64,000 nt of DNA from Nitrosopumilaceae archaeon (GTDB lineage Archaea > Thermoproteota > Nitrososphaeria > Nitrososphaerales > Nitrosopumilaceae). Of the stretch, positions 27,997-37,557 are shown piece by piece. A model generated the notes under the pieces. It had not been told where the DNA came from, ran no database searches, and saw only the letters and a list, made by a program, of their open reading frames with translations. The stretch spans positions 96,001 to 160,000 of the forward strand of contig CBDBCR010000003.1 in assembly GCA_965203465.1 (NCBI GenBank), read 5' to 3'. Each line of letters opens with the position of its first letter. Position 1 is the stretch's first letter. Position numbers and translations under genes: made by a program.

Positions 27997-28254
27997 TCAG
28001 GGGCAGCCTTCCATCTTTTGGATGAAATACCCGTCCTTGGAGATGGCCTCGGACACGGGCTCGGGGGCGCCCTGCGAGTGGCAAAACTGGCACTCTTCGG
28101 TCGTCACCTGGGACTCGGCCTCCCCTATGGATGCGAGCCACTTTTTGGCGTACGAGATGGCCTTTTCGTGATCCTGCTCGCCGGTGATCACGTCAAAGTG
28201 CATCGTGTGGCCGTCCTTGGCCTTTACGTACGTGTCGTACACGTGTACTTCCAT
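27997..28254 (-). CDS. DUF2024-family protein
   Basis: VHVYDTYV..MHFDV..ECQFCH..GYFIQKMEGC. Confidence 0.8.
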   Translation of the reverse strand: MEVHVYDTYVKAKDGHTMHFDVITGEQDHEKAISYAKKWLASIGEAESQVTTEECQFCHSQGAPEPVSEAISKDGYFIQKMEGCP

Positions 28255-28280
28255 TGCCCCGGCCCGCCCCCGGGCCGTAT

Positions 28281-28697
28281 TTATTTCAAGTCCGGCTTGC
28301 CGCCTATTGGAATCTCCCGGGCAGAATCCCCTTCCAGCACGAAGGCGCGCGTAGAGCCGTCGAGCCCCGAGTATATGAGCCATGGCACCGGGTTTATCCT
28401 CATGTATTCGACATCGGTGCCCGAGGGCAGCGCCGGCGAGGCCGGGTGGGAGTGGAATATGCCCACCACGTCGAGGCCGTCGGATTCGGCGCGCGCGTAC
28501 GCCGAGATCAGCTCTTGGGCCGGCACCGAAAAGCGGTCCGGCGAGGCCTCCGCGTTGGCGACCGCCACCAGGCCCGATACGTGGGCGTCGGCGCCGCGCA
28601 CCCGCCCGCAGAGCAGCGCGCACGATTCGTTTGGCGAGCAGGCGCGCGCGTGCTCTGCGAGCGATTCCAAGTGCCCGGGCGATATGCGCACGCGCAA
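28281..28697 (-). CDS. JAMM/MPN+ metalloprotease (Mov34 family)
   Basis: PNESCALL and FHSHP..PS..D. Confidence 0.9.
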   Translation of the reverse strand: MRVRISPGHLESLAEHARACSPNESCALLCGRVRGADAHVSGLVAVANAEASPDRFSVPAQELISAYARAESDGLDVVGIFHSHPASPALPSGTDVEYMRINPVPWLIYSGLDGSTRAFVLEGDSAREIPIGGKPDLK

Positions 28698-28698
28698 C

Positions 28699-29874
28699 CT
28701 ACGACACGGAGACCGAGCCCGTCATCCACGGGTGCAGTATGCAAAAGTAGTCGTACTCGCCCGGCTCCGAGAACGTCCACTCGAACGTGGCGTCGGGCGC
28801 CATGATCCCCGAGTCGAACAGGGATCCCACGTCGCCGCCCGGCGTGCCCGACGTGACGGTGTGCGCGGCGACGTCGTAGTTGTGCCACGCGACGGTGGTG
28901 CCCGCCCCCACCGCGGCCGACTCTGGCACGTAGAACTCTTTTTCGGGATCGGGCAGCGACGAGTCCAGCGGGATCGAGACTTCCAGCGTGGCGCCGCCGT
29001 CCGCGCCCTGCGCGGCGTCGCTCCCGCCGATGTCCGCGCCCGATATCGTCAGCACCGACTCCATCCACGGGTGCACCAGGCAAAAGTACTCGTACTCGCC
29101 CTCGCCCACGTCGGCCGCCAGCATGCTGTAGCTGTCGCCCGCGGCCACCAGGCCCGTGTCGAATATCTGGCCGTTGGTCTCCTTGTCGGTGGCGGTGTGT
29201 ATCACGGCGTCCTCGTTCACCCACGTCACCAGGCCCCCGACGGCGACCGCCGCGTCGTCCGGATCGTAGTCCGGAGTGCCGCTGATCGAGGATCCCTCGA
29301 GCATGCGTATCACCGTCTCGGGCAGATCCGCGGGCGGCTGCTCGGCCGGAACAGGCACCTCTTCGGGCTCGGCCGCCGCCTCGGCCGGCTCCGCCTCTTG
29401 GGCGAGCAGGTACGGCGACGGGCCGACCATCCCGAACGCCACGAACGCGGCGATGCCGGCCACCGAGCCGAGCACGAATATGGCCGAGACGGGCCGGATC
29501 ACCTGCGAGTGCTTCATGGCCACGTACGCGATGATGACGGCCGGCGCGGCGATGGCCATCAGTATACCCGCGAACGTGGCCAGCGTGCTGACCGTGTTGA
29601 GCGTGAACGCGTAGGCGCCGAAGCCCAGGGCTATGGACAGTATCACTAGGACCGTTGCCTTTGCCCTGTTGCTGGTAGAGACGCCCCCGTCGAGTATCCC
29701 CACGGACAGTATTATCAGGCCTATGAACATGGTCAGGCCGGCCAGCGCGTGCATGCCGTCGATGAACGTGTGGGCTATCTCGGCGTAGGCCAGCACCACG
29801 CCGGCCAGGCCGATTGATGTAAGGCCCATCCCTGGCATCATCAGATCCCAGTTGCTCATCCTGCCACGTTTCAC
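28699..29874 (-). CDS. Membrane protein with two plastocyanin-like cupredoxin domains
   Basis: Several N-terminal TM helices; two HT..YFCxxHPWM type-1 copper sites. Confidence 0.9.
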   Translation of the reverse strand: MKRGRMSNWDLMMPGMGLTSIGLAGVVLAYAEIAHTFIDGMHALAGLTMFIGLIILSVGILDGGVSTSNRAKATVLVILSIALGFGAYAFTLNTVSTLATFAGILMAIAAPAVIIAYVAMKHSQVIRPVSAIFVLGSVAGIAAFVAFGMVGPSPYLLAQEAEPAEAAAEPEEVPVPAEQPPADLPETVIRMLEGSSISGTPDYDPDDAAVAVGGLVTWVNEDAVIHTATDKETNGQIFDTGLVAAGDSYSMLAADVGEGEYEYFCLVHPWMESVLTISGADIGGSDAAQGADGGATLEVSIPLDSSLPDPEKEFYVPESAAVGAGTTVAWHNYDVAAHTVTSGTPGGDVGSLFDSGIMAPDATFEWTFSEPGEYDYFCILHPWMTGSVSVS

Positions 29875-30017
29875 GCCCGTAGATACTTAATCCTTTGGAA
29901 GCGCGCTAGCCCCCGGCCGGTCGTGCCTAGCGGCCGGAGGCACCCGGGCCGTACGGGCCCCGCCCAGGAGCGCGGCCTGGTGCCACGAAGCGGCCCGCCG
30001 ATCCCGGCGGAGCAGAG

Positions 30018-31100
30018 CTACCCGGGCGCTTCCGCGATCGCGCCCGCCTCTTCGAGCAGGCCGGCTATGTGCGAGTAGATGTGGCCGGCCATGACGCGGT
30101 TCCCGTCGCCCGAAAGGTGCACGTGGTCGGTAAAGACCGGGCCTGCAGAGTCGAGCGCCCGGCGCAGGTCGGCCACCACGTCGCACCCGCCCATGTCGAG
30201 GTGCCCCGCCATGATCTCCATCTGGGCCAGACTGCTCGGAAACTCGACCCCGCGCGGCGAGTTGCGCGCGTCGGCCGCCGGCTGCAGAAACACGGCCGTC
30301 TTGAAGCCGAGCTCGCCGCCGAGCCTGCAGATGCCGGCGATGCGCTCCTGCCAGACCAGCGCCCTGCCATCAGACGGCTCCACCGAGTGGACGGGGGGGG
30401 CGCCCGAGATCGCTTCCCAGACCTGCTTTCGCGCGTGCCCCAGCGCTTCCCTGGTCTTGGACGTCCACTCGGCGCGCGGATCCTGCTCCGCCGGCGCCGC
30501 CCCAGCCAGGTGCGCGCGGTGCGACACGCCCGGGTTGTCCGGCAGCCGGCCCGCGTCGTTGTACCCGCCGTACACCACCACCAGGTCCGGCCCGATCCCG
30601 GGCAGGGCGTTCTCTGCCAGCCACAGCTCCGTAAACGACGTTCCGCTCGGTATCCCCGCGTTGATCACCTCGATCCGGCCGCCCAGCATCCCCTGCAGGT
30701 GCGCAGGGATGGTCTCGGAGTCTGGCACGCCGGATCCAAAGACGGTCGAGCCGCCCAGCACCGCGATCCTGTACGCGCCGTCCGGCTTCGGCACCTCTAT
30801 CTCCGGGCCCCTGAACCCGTGGCCGTTTATGCTGACCGTCGCCAACTCCTGGCCCGGCACCAGGAGGCGTGGCATCTGCGGGTACCCGTAGTCCTGGCTG
30901 TACCGGATCGCCATGTGATCGTCGCAGACCTGCTTGCGCAGGCCTATCGGCATCGAGGCCGCAGATACGGGGCTGTTGGTGACATCGCACTCGGTGACCG
31001 CCAGGGCGTAGTGCGCCCAGAGCGCGCCCTCCGCGGCTGCAAAGACGGTGGCCACGACCATGGCCGTCAGCACGCCCTGCTTCCAGTACGGCACCATCAC
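30018..31100 (-). CDS. SGNH/GDSL hydrolase (SxtL-like position)
   Basis: INGHGFRG, LGGSTVFG, VINAG, GYND, DHVH; N-terminal membrane anchor. Confidence 0.85.
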   Translation of the reverse strand: MMVPYWKQGVLTAMVVATVFAAAEGALWAHYALAVTECDVTNSPVSAASMPIGLRKQVCDDHMAIRYSQDYGYPQMPRLLVPGQELATVSINGHGFRGPEIEVPKPDGAYRIAVLGGSTVFGSGVPDSETIPAHLQGMLGGRIEVINAGIPSGTSFTELWLAENALPGIGPDLVVVYGGYNDAGRLPDNPGVSHRAHLAGAAPAEQDPRAEWTSKTREALGHARKQVWEAISGAPPVHSVEPSDGRALVWQERIAGICRLGGELGFKTAVFLQPAADARNSPRGVEFPSSLAQMEIMAGHLDMGGCDVVADLRRALDSAGPVFTDHVHLSGDGNRVMAGHIYSHIAGLLEEAGAIAEAPG

Positions 31101-32758
31101 GCGTCGCCCGCCCGCCGCACGGCGAACCCACCCATCACCAGCGCGTCCATGTCCGTGCCCTTTAGCATCGCGCAGGCCTCGCCCGGCCCGTTGACTATGG
31201 GCTCGCCGGCCACGTTCATCGACGTGTTGAGCACCACGGGCACGCCCGTGATCCGGCAGAATTCCGAGATGAGCGAGTGGAACTGGGGGTTCTGCCCCGG
31301 CGAGACCGTCTGCACCCTCGCGGTGCCGTCCACGTGCGTCACGGCCGGGATCCTGTCGGGCCGGAGCACGCGCACCACCATCGACATGTGCGGGCTGGGC
31401 GCGCCGAGATCAAAGTACTCGGCGGCGCGATCTTCCAGGACGCTGGGCGCGAACGGCCGGAACTCCTCCCTGCCCTTGATCCGCGAGTTTATCGCGTCCC
31501 TCGTCTCGGCCCTGCGCGGATCGGCGACGATGCTCCGGTTGCCCAGCGCGCGCGGCCCGTACTCGGACCTGCCCTGGAACCACCCCACGATCAGCCCGTC
31601 AGAGACCATGCGGGCCGCCCCGGCCGCGGTGCACTCTTCGTACCTGACGCCCCCGGCGCCCTTTAGGAACTCCAGTATCTGCCCGTCCGAAAACGACGGG
31701 CCCAGGTACGGCCCCGAATCGGCGTGCCCGCGCGGGGCGCACCACTGGGCGCACCCGGCCGCGCTCCCGCCGTCGCCCGGCGAGACTGGCACGTGCACCG
31801 CCTCGAACGGGCCCTCCTTGAGCACGCGCGCGTTGGCCGCGCCGTTGAGCGCGACGCCGCCGCCGAGGCAGAGCCTGCTCATGCCGGTGCGCTCGCGCAC
31901 GTGCCGGGCCATGCGGAGCACCACCTCCTCGAGCGCCTTTTGCGCGCTGGCCGCCACGTCCCTGTGCGCTTCCAGCACCGGGCCGCCCGGCTCCCTCGGG
32001 GCCACGCCGAGCAGATCCGACATAGCCGGGCCGGTCATGGACTTTGCGCCGACCAGATCAAGGTATTCCGCGTTCAGCCGGAGGCTGCCGTCGGACCGTA
32101 CGTCCAAGAGGCTCTCCATCATCAGCTCGTAGTAGGAGGGCCTGCCGTACGCGGCCAGCCCCATCACCTTGTACTCGCCCTCGTTTATCCCGAACCCCAG
32201 GAACTGCGTGATCGCCGAATAGAACAGGCCGACCGAGTGCGGGTAGCGCAGCTCGTACGAAAGGTCTATGCCGTCCCCCGACGCGCTGCCGAACGCGGCG
32301 GTGGCCCACTCGCCGACGCCGTCTATTGTCAGCACCGCCGCCTCGTCGAACCCCGACGTGAAGAACGAGTGCGCCGCGTGCGACGTGTGGTGGTCGGCGA
32401 ACAGCACGGGCCCGCGGTACCCCGTCTTGCGGATCCTGCTCTTTATCCACAGCCTGCCGCCGAGCCACTTTGGCACCACATCCACAAAGCTGCGCAGGCC
32501 GCGCGGGGCGAACGACAGGTAGCCGTCCAGCAGGCGCTCGAACTTTAGCAGGGGCTTTTCGTAAAACGCCACCAAGTCCAGATCCCGCACCCCCACGCCC
32601 TGCTCCTCCGTGCAGTACCTGATGGCGCCGGACGGGAAACGGTCGTCGGACTTTGTGCGCGATATGCGCTCCTCGCCCACCGCGGCCACCACCCTGCCGT
32701 CCCTGGCCAGCGCGGCCGCCGAGTCGTGGTAGTGGCACGAGATCCCCAGCGAGTACAT
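31097..32758 (-). CDS. O-carbamoyltransferase (NodU/CmcH/SxtI family)
   Basis: HDSAAA, EER, HHTSHA, GEYKVMGLA, GGVALN, EYGPRALGNRS, FRPFAP, HVDGTARVQ, LNTS. Confidence 0.95.
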   Translation of the reverse strand: MYSLGISCHYHDSAAALARDGRVVAAVGEERISRTKSDDRFPSGAIRYCTEEQGVGVRDLDLVAFYEKPLLKFERLLDGYLSFAPRGLRSFVDVVPKWLGGRLWIKSRIRKTGYRGPVLFADHHTSHAAHSFFTSGFDEAAVLTIDGVGEWATAAFGSASGDGIDLSYELRYPHSVGLFYSAITQFLGFGINEGEYKVMGLAAYGRPSYYELMMESLLDVRSDGSLRLNAEYLDLVGAKSMTGPAMSDLLGVAPREPGGPVLEAHRDVAASAQKALEEVVLRMARHVRERTGMSRLCLGGGVALNGAANARVLKEGPFEAVHVPVSPGDGGSAAGCAQWCAPRGHADSGPYLGPSFSDGQILEFLKGAGGVRYEECTAAGAARMVSDGLIVGWFQGRSEYGPRALGNRSIVADPRRAETRDAINSRIKGREEFRPFAPSVLEDRAAEYFDLGAPSPHMSMVVRVLRPDRIPAVTHVDGTARVQTVSPGQNPQFHSLISEFCRITGVPVVLNTSMNVAGEPIVNGPGEACAMLKGTDMDALVMGGFAVRRAGDA

Positions 32759-33102
32759 CAATACTGCCTCCGAGGGTCGGGCTTTTCGCGCTGCACCCAG
32801 TACGTCCCGGCCTCGGACCTGCCCAGCAGGTCTATCCGGAGCAGCCTCATGTATATCCCGTACAGCGATACCAGCGTGACGAAGACGGCCCCCAGGAGCA
32901 GGGCCGAGTTGGCCGCGGCGATCGCGTCGAGCGCCCCCTGGATCCTGCGCGCCAGCGGCAGGGCCAACCCGAACGCGGCCGCGGCGAACGCGGCGACCGG
33001 CCAAAAGTCGGCCTGCCCCGCCGAATAGTACAGGACGGCGAACCAGAACGAGGCGCCCGACGCGACGGCCGCGGCCTTTGCCCGGGCAGGCCACCCGTCC
33101 AA
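32758..33102 (-). CDS. SxtJ-like small membrane protein
   Basis: Hydrophobic helices and C-terminal DLL...TYWVQR...RRQY; adjacent to the carbamoyltransferase. Confidence 0.65.
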   Translation of the reverse strand: MDGWPARAKAAAVASGASFWFAVLYYSAGQADFWPVAAFAAAAFGLALPLARRIQGALDAIAAANSALLLGAVFVTLVSLYGIYMRLLRIDLLGRSEAGTYWVQREKPDPRRQY

Positions 33103-33103
33103 T

Positions 33104-33256
33104 TTAGATCGGGTACACCAGGGCCACCACGCCGCTCTGCACCGACGCGGTCAGCCCCGTCAGCACGAGCAGGACCAGCAGGATCGGCAGCACGTAGAAT
33201 TTGCGGTGCCTGAATACGAGGCCGAACATCTCGCCCACGGTCGACCACCTGTCCAT
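33104..33256 (-). CDS. SxtK/DUF5989-like 50-aa membrane protein (absent from the ORF track)
   Basis: MDRWSTVGEMFGLVFRHRKFYVLPILLVLLVLTGLTASVQSGVVALVYPI*. Confidence 0.7.
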   Translation of the reverse strand: MDRWSTVGEMFGLVFRHRKFYVLPILLVLLVLTGLTASVQSGVVALVYPI

Positions 33257-33290
33257 GCCGGCTTTGCCGGGCGCGGGATTTTTAACGGTT

Positions 33291-34922
33291 TCATTCCGGC
33301 CCGCAGCCCGCGAGGAAGTCTGCGGCCTGCCGGAGGTCCGAGCCCGGGCCGGGCCCGCCCGAGTGGACCGCCTTGAGCTCCACGTAGAGGGCCGAGCCGG
33401 CCGGCAGCGCGGCGCCCTCCAGTTCGGCGAACGTGCCGGGGACCAGCTCCACGAACTCGGGCGCGCCGGCCACCCTGGCCACCGTGGCCAGGCCAGGGTA
33501 TTCGGCCCCGCCCTCGTCGGTCCACGGGCCCGCGCGCACGCGCAGCTCCTCGACGCGCTCGGTTCCGGCGTTGGAGATTTTGCGCACCACCGTGTTTGAT
33601 TCGCCGCCCGGCACCAGGACGAACGGCTCGGGCCGCCCGTCCTGGGCGACGGAGCAGCCCGGGCCGGCCTCGGAGGCGGGCCGCGGGGCCTCGGCCAGGA
33701 CCGTCATGCCCTCGTCGGCGTAGTAGGGCCAGTACTCTACGCTGCCGCTCACGCGCGGGGGCGGATCGGGCCCCCAGTAGTTGAACGGTGCAGGCATCGG
33801 GCCGGGAGCCATGTTCACCAGGTCGTAGCCGGTGTTGTCCAGGAACGAGTTGCCGAACGCCCTGACGGACCGGTCTATGGGGGTCTCGGCCACGCGGAAC
33901 CTCTCGAGAAGCTCGCCGCGGCGGTCGTCCTGGACGCCGCATACCTGCACGCACAGCAGTATCCCGTTGTGGCTGCCCCGGATCACGTTGTCGCGTATGT
34001 CCGTGTTGGAGTCGTCGGCGCCCCAGATCACGATGGCCGCCTCGGGGACGGCCTCGTGCCGCCCGTCCAGGTACCGCAAAGAGTTGTTGGCACCCGTTAT
34101 GGTGTTGCCGTAGATCTCGAGGCTGGCCTCCGATCCGGCGAGCTTGCGCGCGTCCGGCGTGCCCTCGCCGTGCGTGCGCTCGACGGCCTTTTGTATGCCG
34201 AAGGCGGGCACGTTCGATATCGAGTTGCCGCTGATGTGGCCGTTTATGATGCCCGAGGCCCCCACGTTGATCCCCGCGAACGTGGCCGTGTCGATGGTGT
34301 TGCCCGATATGAGCAGGTCGCGCAGCAGGCCGTGCTCGGCGGTGCGGATGGCGGTCAGCAGCCTGCCGGCCTTCTGCTCCACCGTGTACCCGTCGGGGTA
34401 CGGAATCCCGATGTTCTTGAGCACGTTGCCGGTTATGCGCAGGTTGGAGATCGTGCTCTGGTCGTCGATTATCCTGATCCCGTGGCTCGCCGTGTCTTTT
34501 ATCGTGTTGTTCGATATGGCGATGTCGCTCAGATCCCGGTTGTCCGGGCTCCACATGCCCACCGAGATCACCTCGTGGTCGCCCATCTGCCCCCGCTCGT
34601 TCCTGGCGCGCACGATGTCGGCGAACGTCAGGTTCTCGACCGTCACGCCGCCGCTGTGCACGCGCAGCGTGCTGTCCCCAGATATGACCGCGCCGGGCTC
34701 GCCGGTCAGCGTAGCGGGCTTGGATACTATTATCTCGCCCAGGTCGGGGTGCGCGCCGGCGGCAAAGATCAGGGTGCCCCCGCTCTCGAGGGCGTCGAGA
34801 TCCGCCTGCACGCCGCCGGTGCCCGGTTCTATGGTCGCAGAGCCTGCCGCGTGCGCCGGCGCGGCGCACCCGGCCAGCGCGAGGCACAGCGCCGCCGCGC
34901 AGAAAAAGCCGGTGCCCGCCAA
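33291..34922 (-). CDS. Secreted right-handed parallel beta-helix protein
   Basis: Signal peptide; repeated ISNNTI/ITGNVL/ISGNTI/IYGNTI rungs; NYWG motif; paralog of the gene at 1..1822. Confidence 0.8.
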   Translation of the reverse strand: MAGTGFFCAAALCLALAGCAAPAHAAGSATIEPGTGGVQADLDALESGGTLIFAAGAHPDLGEIIVSKPATLTGEPGAVISGDSTLRVHSGGVTVENLTFADIVRARNERGQMGDHEVISVGMWSPDNRDLSDIAISNNTIKDTASHGIRIIDDQSTISNLRITGNVLKNIGIPYPDGYTVEQKAGRLLTAIRTAEHGLLRDLLISGNTIDTATFAGINVGASGIINGHISGNSISNVPAFGIQKAVERTHGEGTPDARKLAGSEASLEIYGNTITGANNSLRYLDGRHEAVPEAAIVIWGADDSNTDIRDNVIRGSHNGILLCVQVCGVQDDRRGELLERFRVAETPIDRSVRAFGNSFLDNTGYDLVNMAPGPMPAPFNYWGPDPPPRVSGSVEYWPYYADEGMTVLAEAPRPASEAGPGCSVAQDGRPEPFVLVPGGESNTVVRKISNAGTERVEELRVRAGPWTDEGGAEYPGLATVARVAGAPEFVELVPGTFAELEGAALPAGSALYVELKAVHSGGPGPGSDLRQAADFLAGCGPE

Positions 34923-34985
34923 CCCGCCCCTTCTGCGCGCGGTAGTATTTTTGCTGATCGTTCCGGCCTTGCGCCGGAGCGGTTC

Positions 34986-36257
34986 GGGGTTGTTGCATAA
35001 TTCCCCCGTGAATCGCCCAAAGTGACGGATTCCGTCGTTTTGGGGGCTCGGCGGCGGGCGGCCTGATTCCCCCGGGGGCCGTTTCCGGCCCGTACGGGCC
35101 CTCGCAGATTACCCCGCGGCCGGCGCGGCGGCGGTTTCCGCGGCGCACCGGATACGGTTGAGCGCGCGCACGTTCCACGTTATTGCGAGCAGCACGCCGA
35201 ACCTCTCCTGCGTCTCCTTTTTCCTGTACCTGCAGAGCAGCCGGTGGGCGCGCGTCTCCTCGGCCCCGAATAGTCCCTCGACCATCCTGCGCTTCCGGTA
35301 GCGCCACAGATCGAACAGGGCCGCGGCCCTGCGGCGGAACCGCTTGCCGACGTTGCGCCTGTTGCCGCTGTTCTCCCTGCTCTTCCTCTGATCGATGTTG
35401 GGGCGCATGCCCATGTCGAAGGCGGCCTTGCAGTTCCGGTCCGAGTCGTATCCCCTGTCGGCGTGGAACCACCAGCCGGCGAAACTGCGCCCCAGTTTCT
35501 TGGCCTTTTCAAAAAGCAATGGCAGCATGTCGGTGTCGGCCACGTTGCTGGACGTCATCTTGCACGAGAGTATTATCTGCAGCTTCAACACCGCGAAAAC
35601 GTGCAATTTCAGGTGCGATTTTACGCGCGCGACGGTCTCTTTGCCGGTCTTTTTGTCCAGTTTTACCCTGTCTTCGTACCTGTCGGTCTCCGCGCCGGTG
35701 CTGTCCGCCGCCGTGTCGACCTCGCTCGCCTCGCCGATCCCGGCCCTTTCCAGGCACGCGTTGGCGATCGCCGTCAGCACCCTTTCGAGCCACTCCATGT
35801 CGAGCGCCGCGTGCGCCCTGAAAATGGTCGTGTGGTCGGGAACGCGCCCGCCCAGATCCAGGTTCCACGAGGCCACCGCGTTCTCGGCTTTCTGGTACGA
35901 GAGGTTGAAGTGGTTTAGCAGGATGCACACGATGGCCATTTCGGCCAGGGGGTACGCTCTTTTCCGGCCTCTGGAGCTCTTGCGCACCGGCTCGGGCGGC
36001 GGGTTTTTCCTCACCGTATCCTTGACGTAGCCTACGACGAAACCGTTTTCTGAGGCGCGCGCTGCGTGGTATCCGGGCCAGTAGCCGTCCCGCCGTTGGT
36101 GCTTCAACGGCTGGGTGGCGCTGGCCGTGATCAATAAGCGTAGCGGTTGGAAAAATTGACCGTTTGTCGGAAAAAACTGATCTGCGCGGCCCTCCTGCGG
36201 GCGCCAGGCCCCGGATGCGACGGAATCCATCGTTCTGGGGAATTATGCAACAACCCC
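34986..36257 (-). mobile_element. IS5-family insertion sequence, intact, with a 9-bp target duplication
   Basis: TIR GGGGTTGTTGCATAATTCCCC at both ends; GAGCGGTTC at 34977-34985 and 36258-36266. Confidence 0.9.
35109..36134 (-). CDS. IS5-family DDE transposase
   Basis: ADSTG, KLH, HADRGYDS, YRKRRMVEGLFG; TTG start inferred from conservation with the first copy. Confidence 0.9.
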   Translation of the reverse strand: MITASATQPLKHQRRDGYWPGYHAARASENGFVVGYVKDTVRKNPPPEPVRKSSRGRKRAYPLAEMAIVCILLNHFNLSYQKAENAVASWNLDLGGRVPDHTTIFRAHAALDMEWLERVLTAIANACLERAGIGEASEVDTAADSTGAETDRYEDRVKLDKKTGKETVARVKSHLKLHVFAVLKLQIILSCKMTSSNVADTDMLPLLFEKAKKLGRSFAGWWFHADRGYDSDRNCKAAFDMGMRPNIDQRKSRENSGNRRNVGKRFRRRAAALFDLWRYRKRRMVEGLFGAEETRAHRLLCRYRKKETQERFGVLLAITWNVRALNRIRCAAETAAAPAAG

Positions 36258-36303
36258 GAGCGGTTCGAATAAGTTAAATGCCCTGCGCGGGGATCGGCCG
36301 CGG

Positions 36304-37182
36304 TTGGGCGCGCGCGAAATACTGGAGGTCTCAAAGCCACGCATAGTGGTGCTGCTCGTCATAACCGCGGTGGCCTCGATGTACGGCGCGTCCATGCTGG
36401 TGCCCGGCACCCCCGCCCCGGACGCGTGGGCGTACGTCCACATAATAGCGGCCGGCGCGCTGGCCTCGGCCGGCTCCAGCGCCCTGAACCACTACTACGA
36501 CCGCGACGTCGATTCGAGGATGTCGAGGACGCGGGGGCGGCCCATACCGTCTGGCCGCATAGGCTCCCCCGCCGTGCTGGCGTACGGGCTGGCGGCCAGC
36601 GCCGCGTCGGTGGCCTACGCGTATGTACTGATAAACCCCGCCTCGGCCGGCTTTATCGCGCTGGGCGTCTTTTCGTACGTCGTCATATACACGGTCTGGC
36701 TAAAGCGCCTCAACACCTCCAACATAGTCATAGGCGGCATAGCCGGCAGCGCGGCCGCCTGGGCGGGGTGGGCCGCGGCCACCGGCTCGATGGACCTGCT
36801 CGGGTTCATGGTCGGGTTTTTGGTGTTCGTCTGGACGCCGTCGCACTTTTGGTGCCTCGCCATGAAGATACGCGACGAGTACGAGACGGCGGGCATACCC
36901 ATGCTGCCAGTCGTGATAGGCATGCAGCGCACCTCTCGGTACATACTGGCCAACACCCTGATACTGGTGCCGTTCTCCCTCTCGCTGTACGCGTTCGGCA
37001 TGGGCCTGGTGTACGCGGCGGTGGCCGCCGCCTCCGGCGGCCTGATGCTCGCCTACCACTACAGGCTCACGCGCGATCCCACGCCGGACTTTGCCTGGAG
37101 GGCCTACAAGGTGACCGCGCCGTACCTGACCGTCATATTCCTGGCCGTGGCCCTCGACGCGGCGTTCCACGTCAGGCCCTAG
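36304..37182 (+). CDS. ctaB: Protoheme IX farnesyltransferase (heme o synthase)
   Basis: KPRI, DRDVDSRMSRTRGRPIPSG, WTPSHFW, GIPMLP. Confidence 0.95.
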   Translation: MGAREILEVSKPRIVVLLVITAVASMYGASMLVPGTPAPDAWAYVHIIAAGALASAGSSALNHYYDRDVDSRMSRTRGRPIPSGRIGSPAVLAYGLAASAASVAYAYVLINPASAGFIALGVFSYVVIYTVWLKRLNTSNIVIGGIAGSAAAWAGWAAATGSMDLLGFMVGFLVFVWTPSHFWCLAMKIRDEYETAGIPMLPVVIGMQRTSRYILANTLILVPFSLSLYAFGMGLVYAAVAAASGGLMLAYHYRLTRDPTPDFAWRAYKVTAPYLTVIFLAVALDAAFHVRP

Positions 37183-37445
37183 CCGGCGCCCGGAAAGCTG
37201 GACTCGTAGCCGCGCTCGGCGTCTTCTGGCTCTGCCTTTTCCTTGACGGCCTCTATGCGGCGCGTGTCCTTTGCTATCCACGTCACGTTGACGAGGCCCA
37301 GTATCTCCAGATCCAGCAGTATCTTGTTCATCGCGGCCCCCGATATACCAGTCTCGGCCTTTGCGAGCGCCTTTGCCAGCTCTGCGTCCGTCAGAGAGCC
37401 GGCAGTCTGCACCTTTTCGAACACCAGGTTCCGCGAGGGGAGCAA
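37179..37445 (-). CDS. Small winged-helix-like hypothetical protein
   Basis: LTDAELAKAL..MNKILLDLEILGLVNV; TTG start inferred. Confidence 0.7.
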   Translation of the reverse strand: MLPSRNLVFEKVQTAGSLTDAELAKALAKAETGISGAAMNKILLDLEILGLVNVTWIAKDTRRIEAVKEKAEPEDAERGYESSFPGAG

Positions 37446-37557
37446 CGCGCGGGGGCCCGGGGCGCCCCAAAAAAACGTTTGCCGGCCGGCCCCAAGCGAC
37501 ACTGGTGCAAATTTGGAACCTAGGCACGGATCCACGCCTAGAAACGACCCACACGAG

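Noticed and set aside
30018-33256. Saxitoxin biosynthesis
   Set aside because: Core genes (sxtA, sxtG, sxtB and others) are absent; the I/J/K/L-like cassette alone does not imply toxin production.
33160-35472. 770-aa ORF apparently fusing IS5 and beta-helix sequence, plus many other long Arg/Gly/Ala-rich ORFs in the track
   Set aside because: Alternative-frame or antisense shadows of real genes, caused by high GC and scarcity of stop codons; no recognisable motifs.
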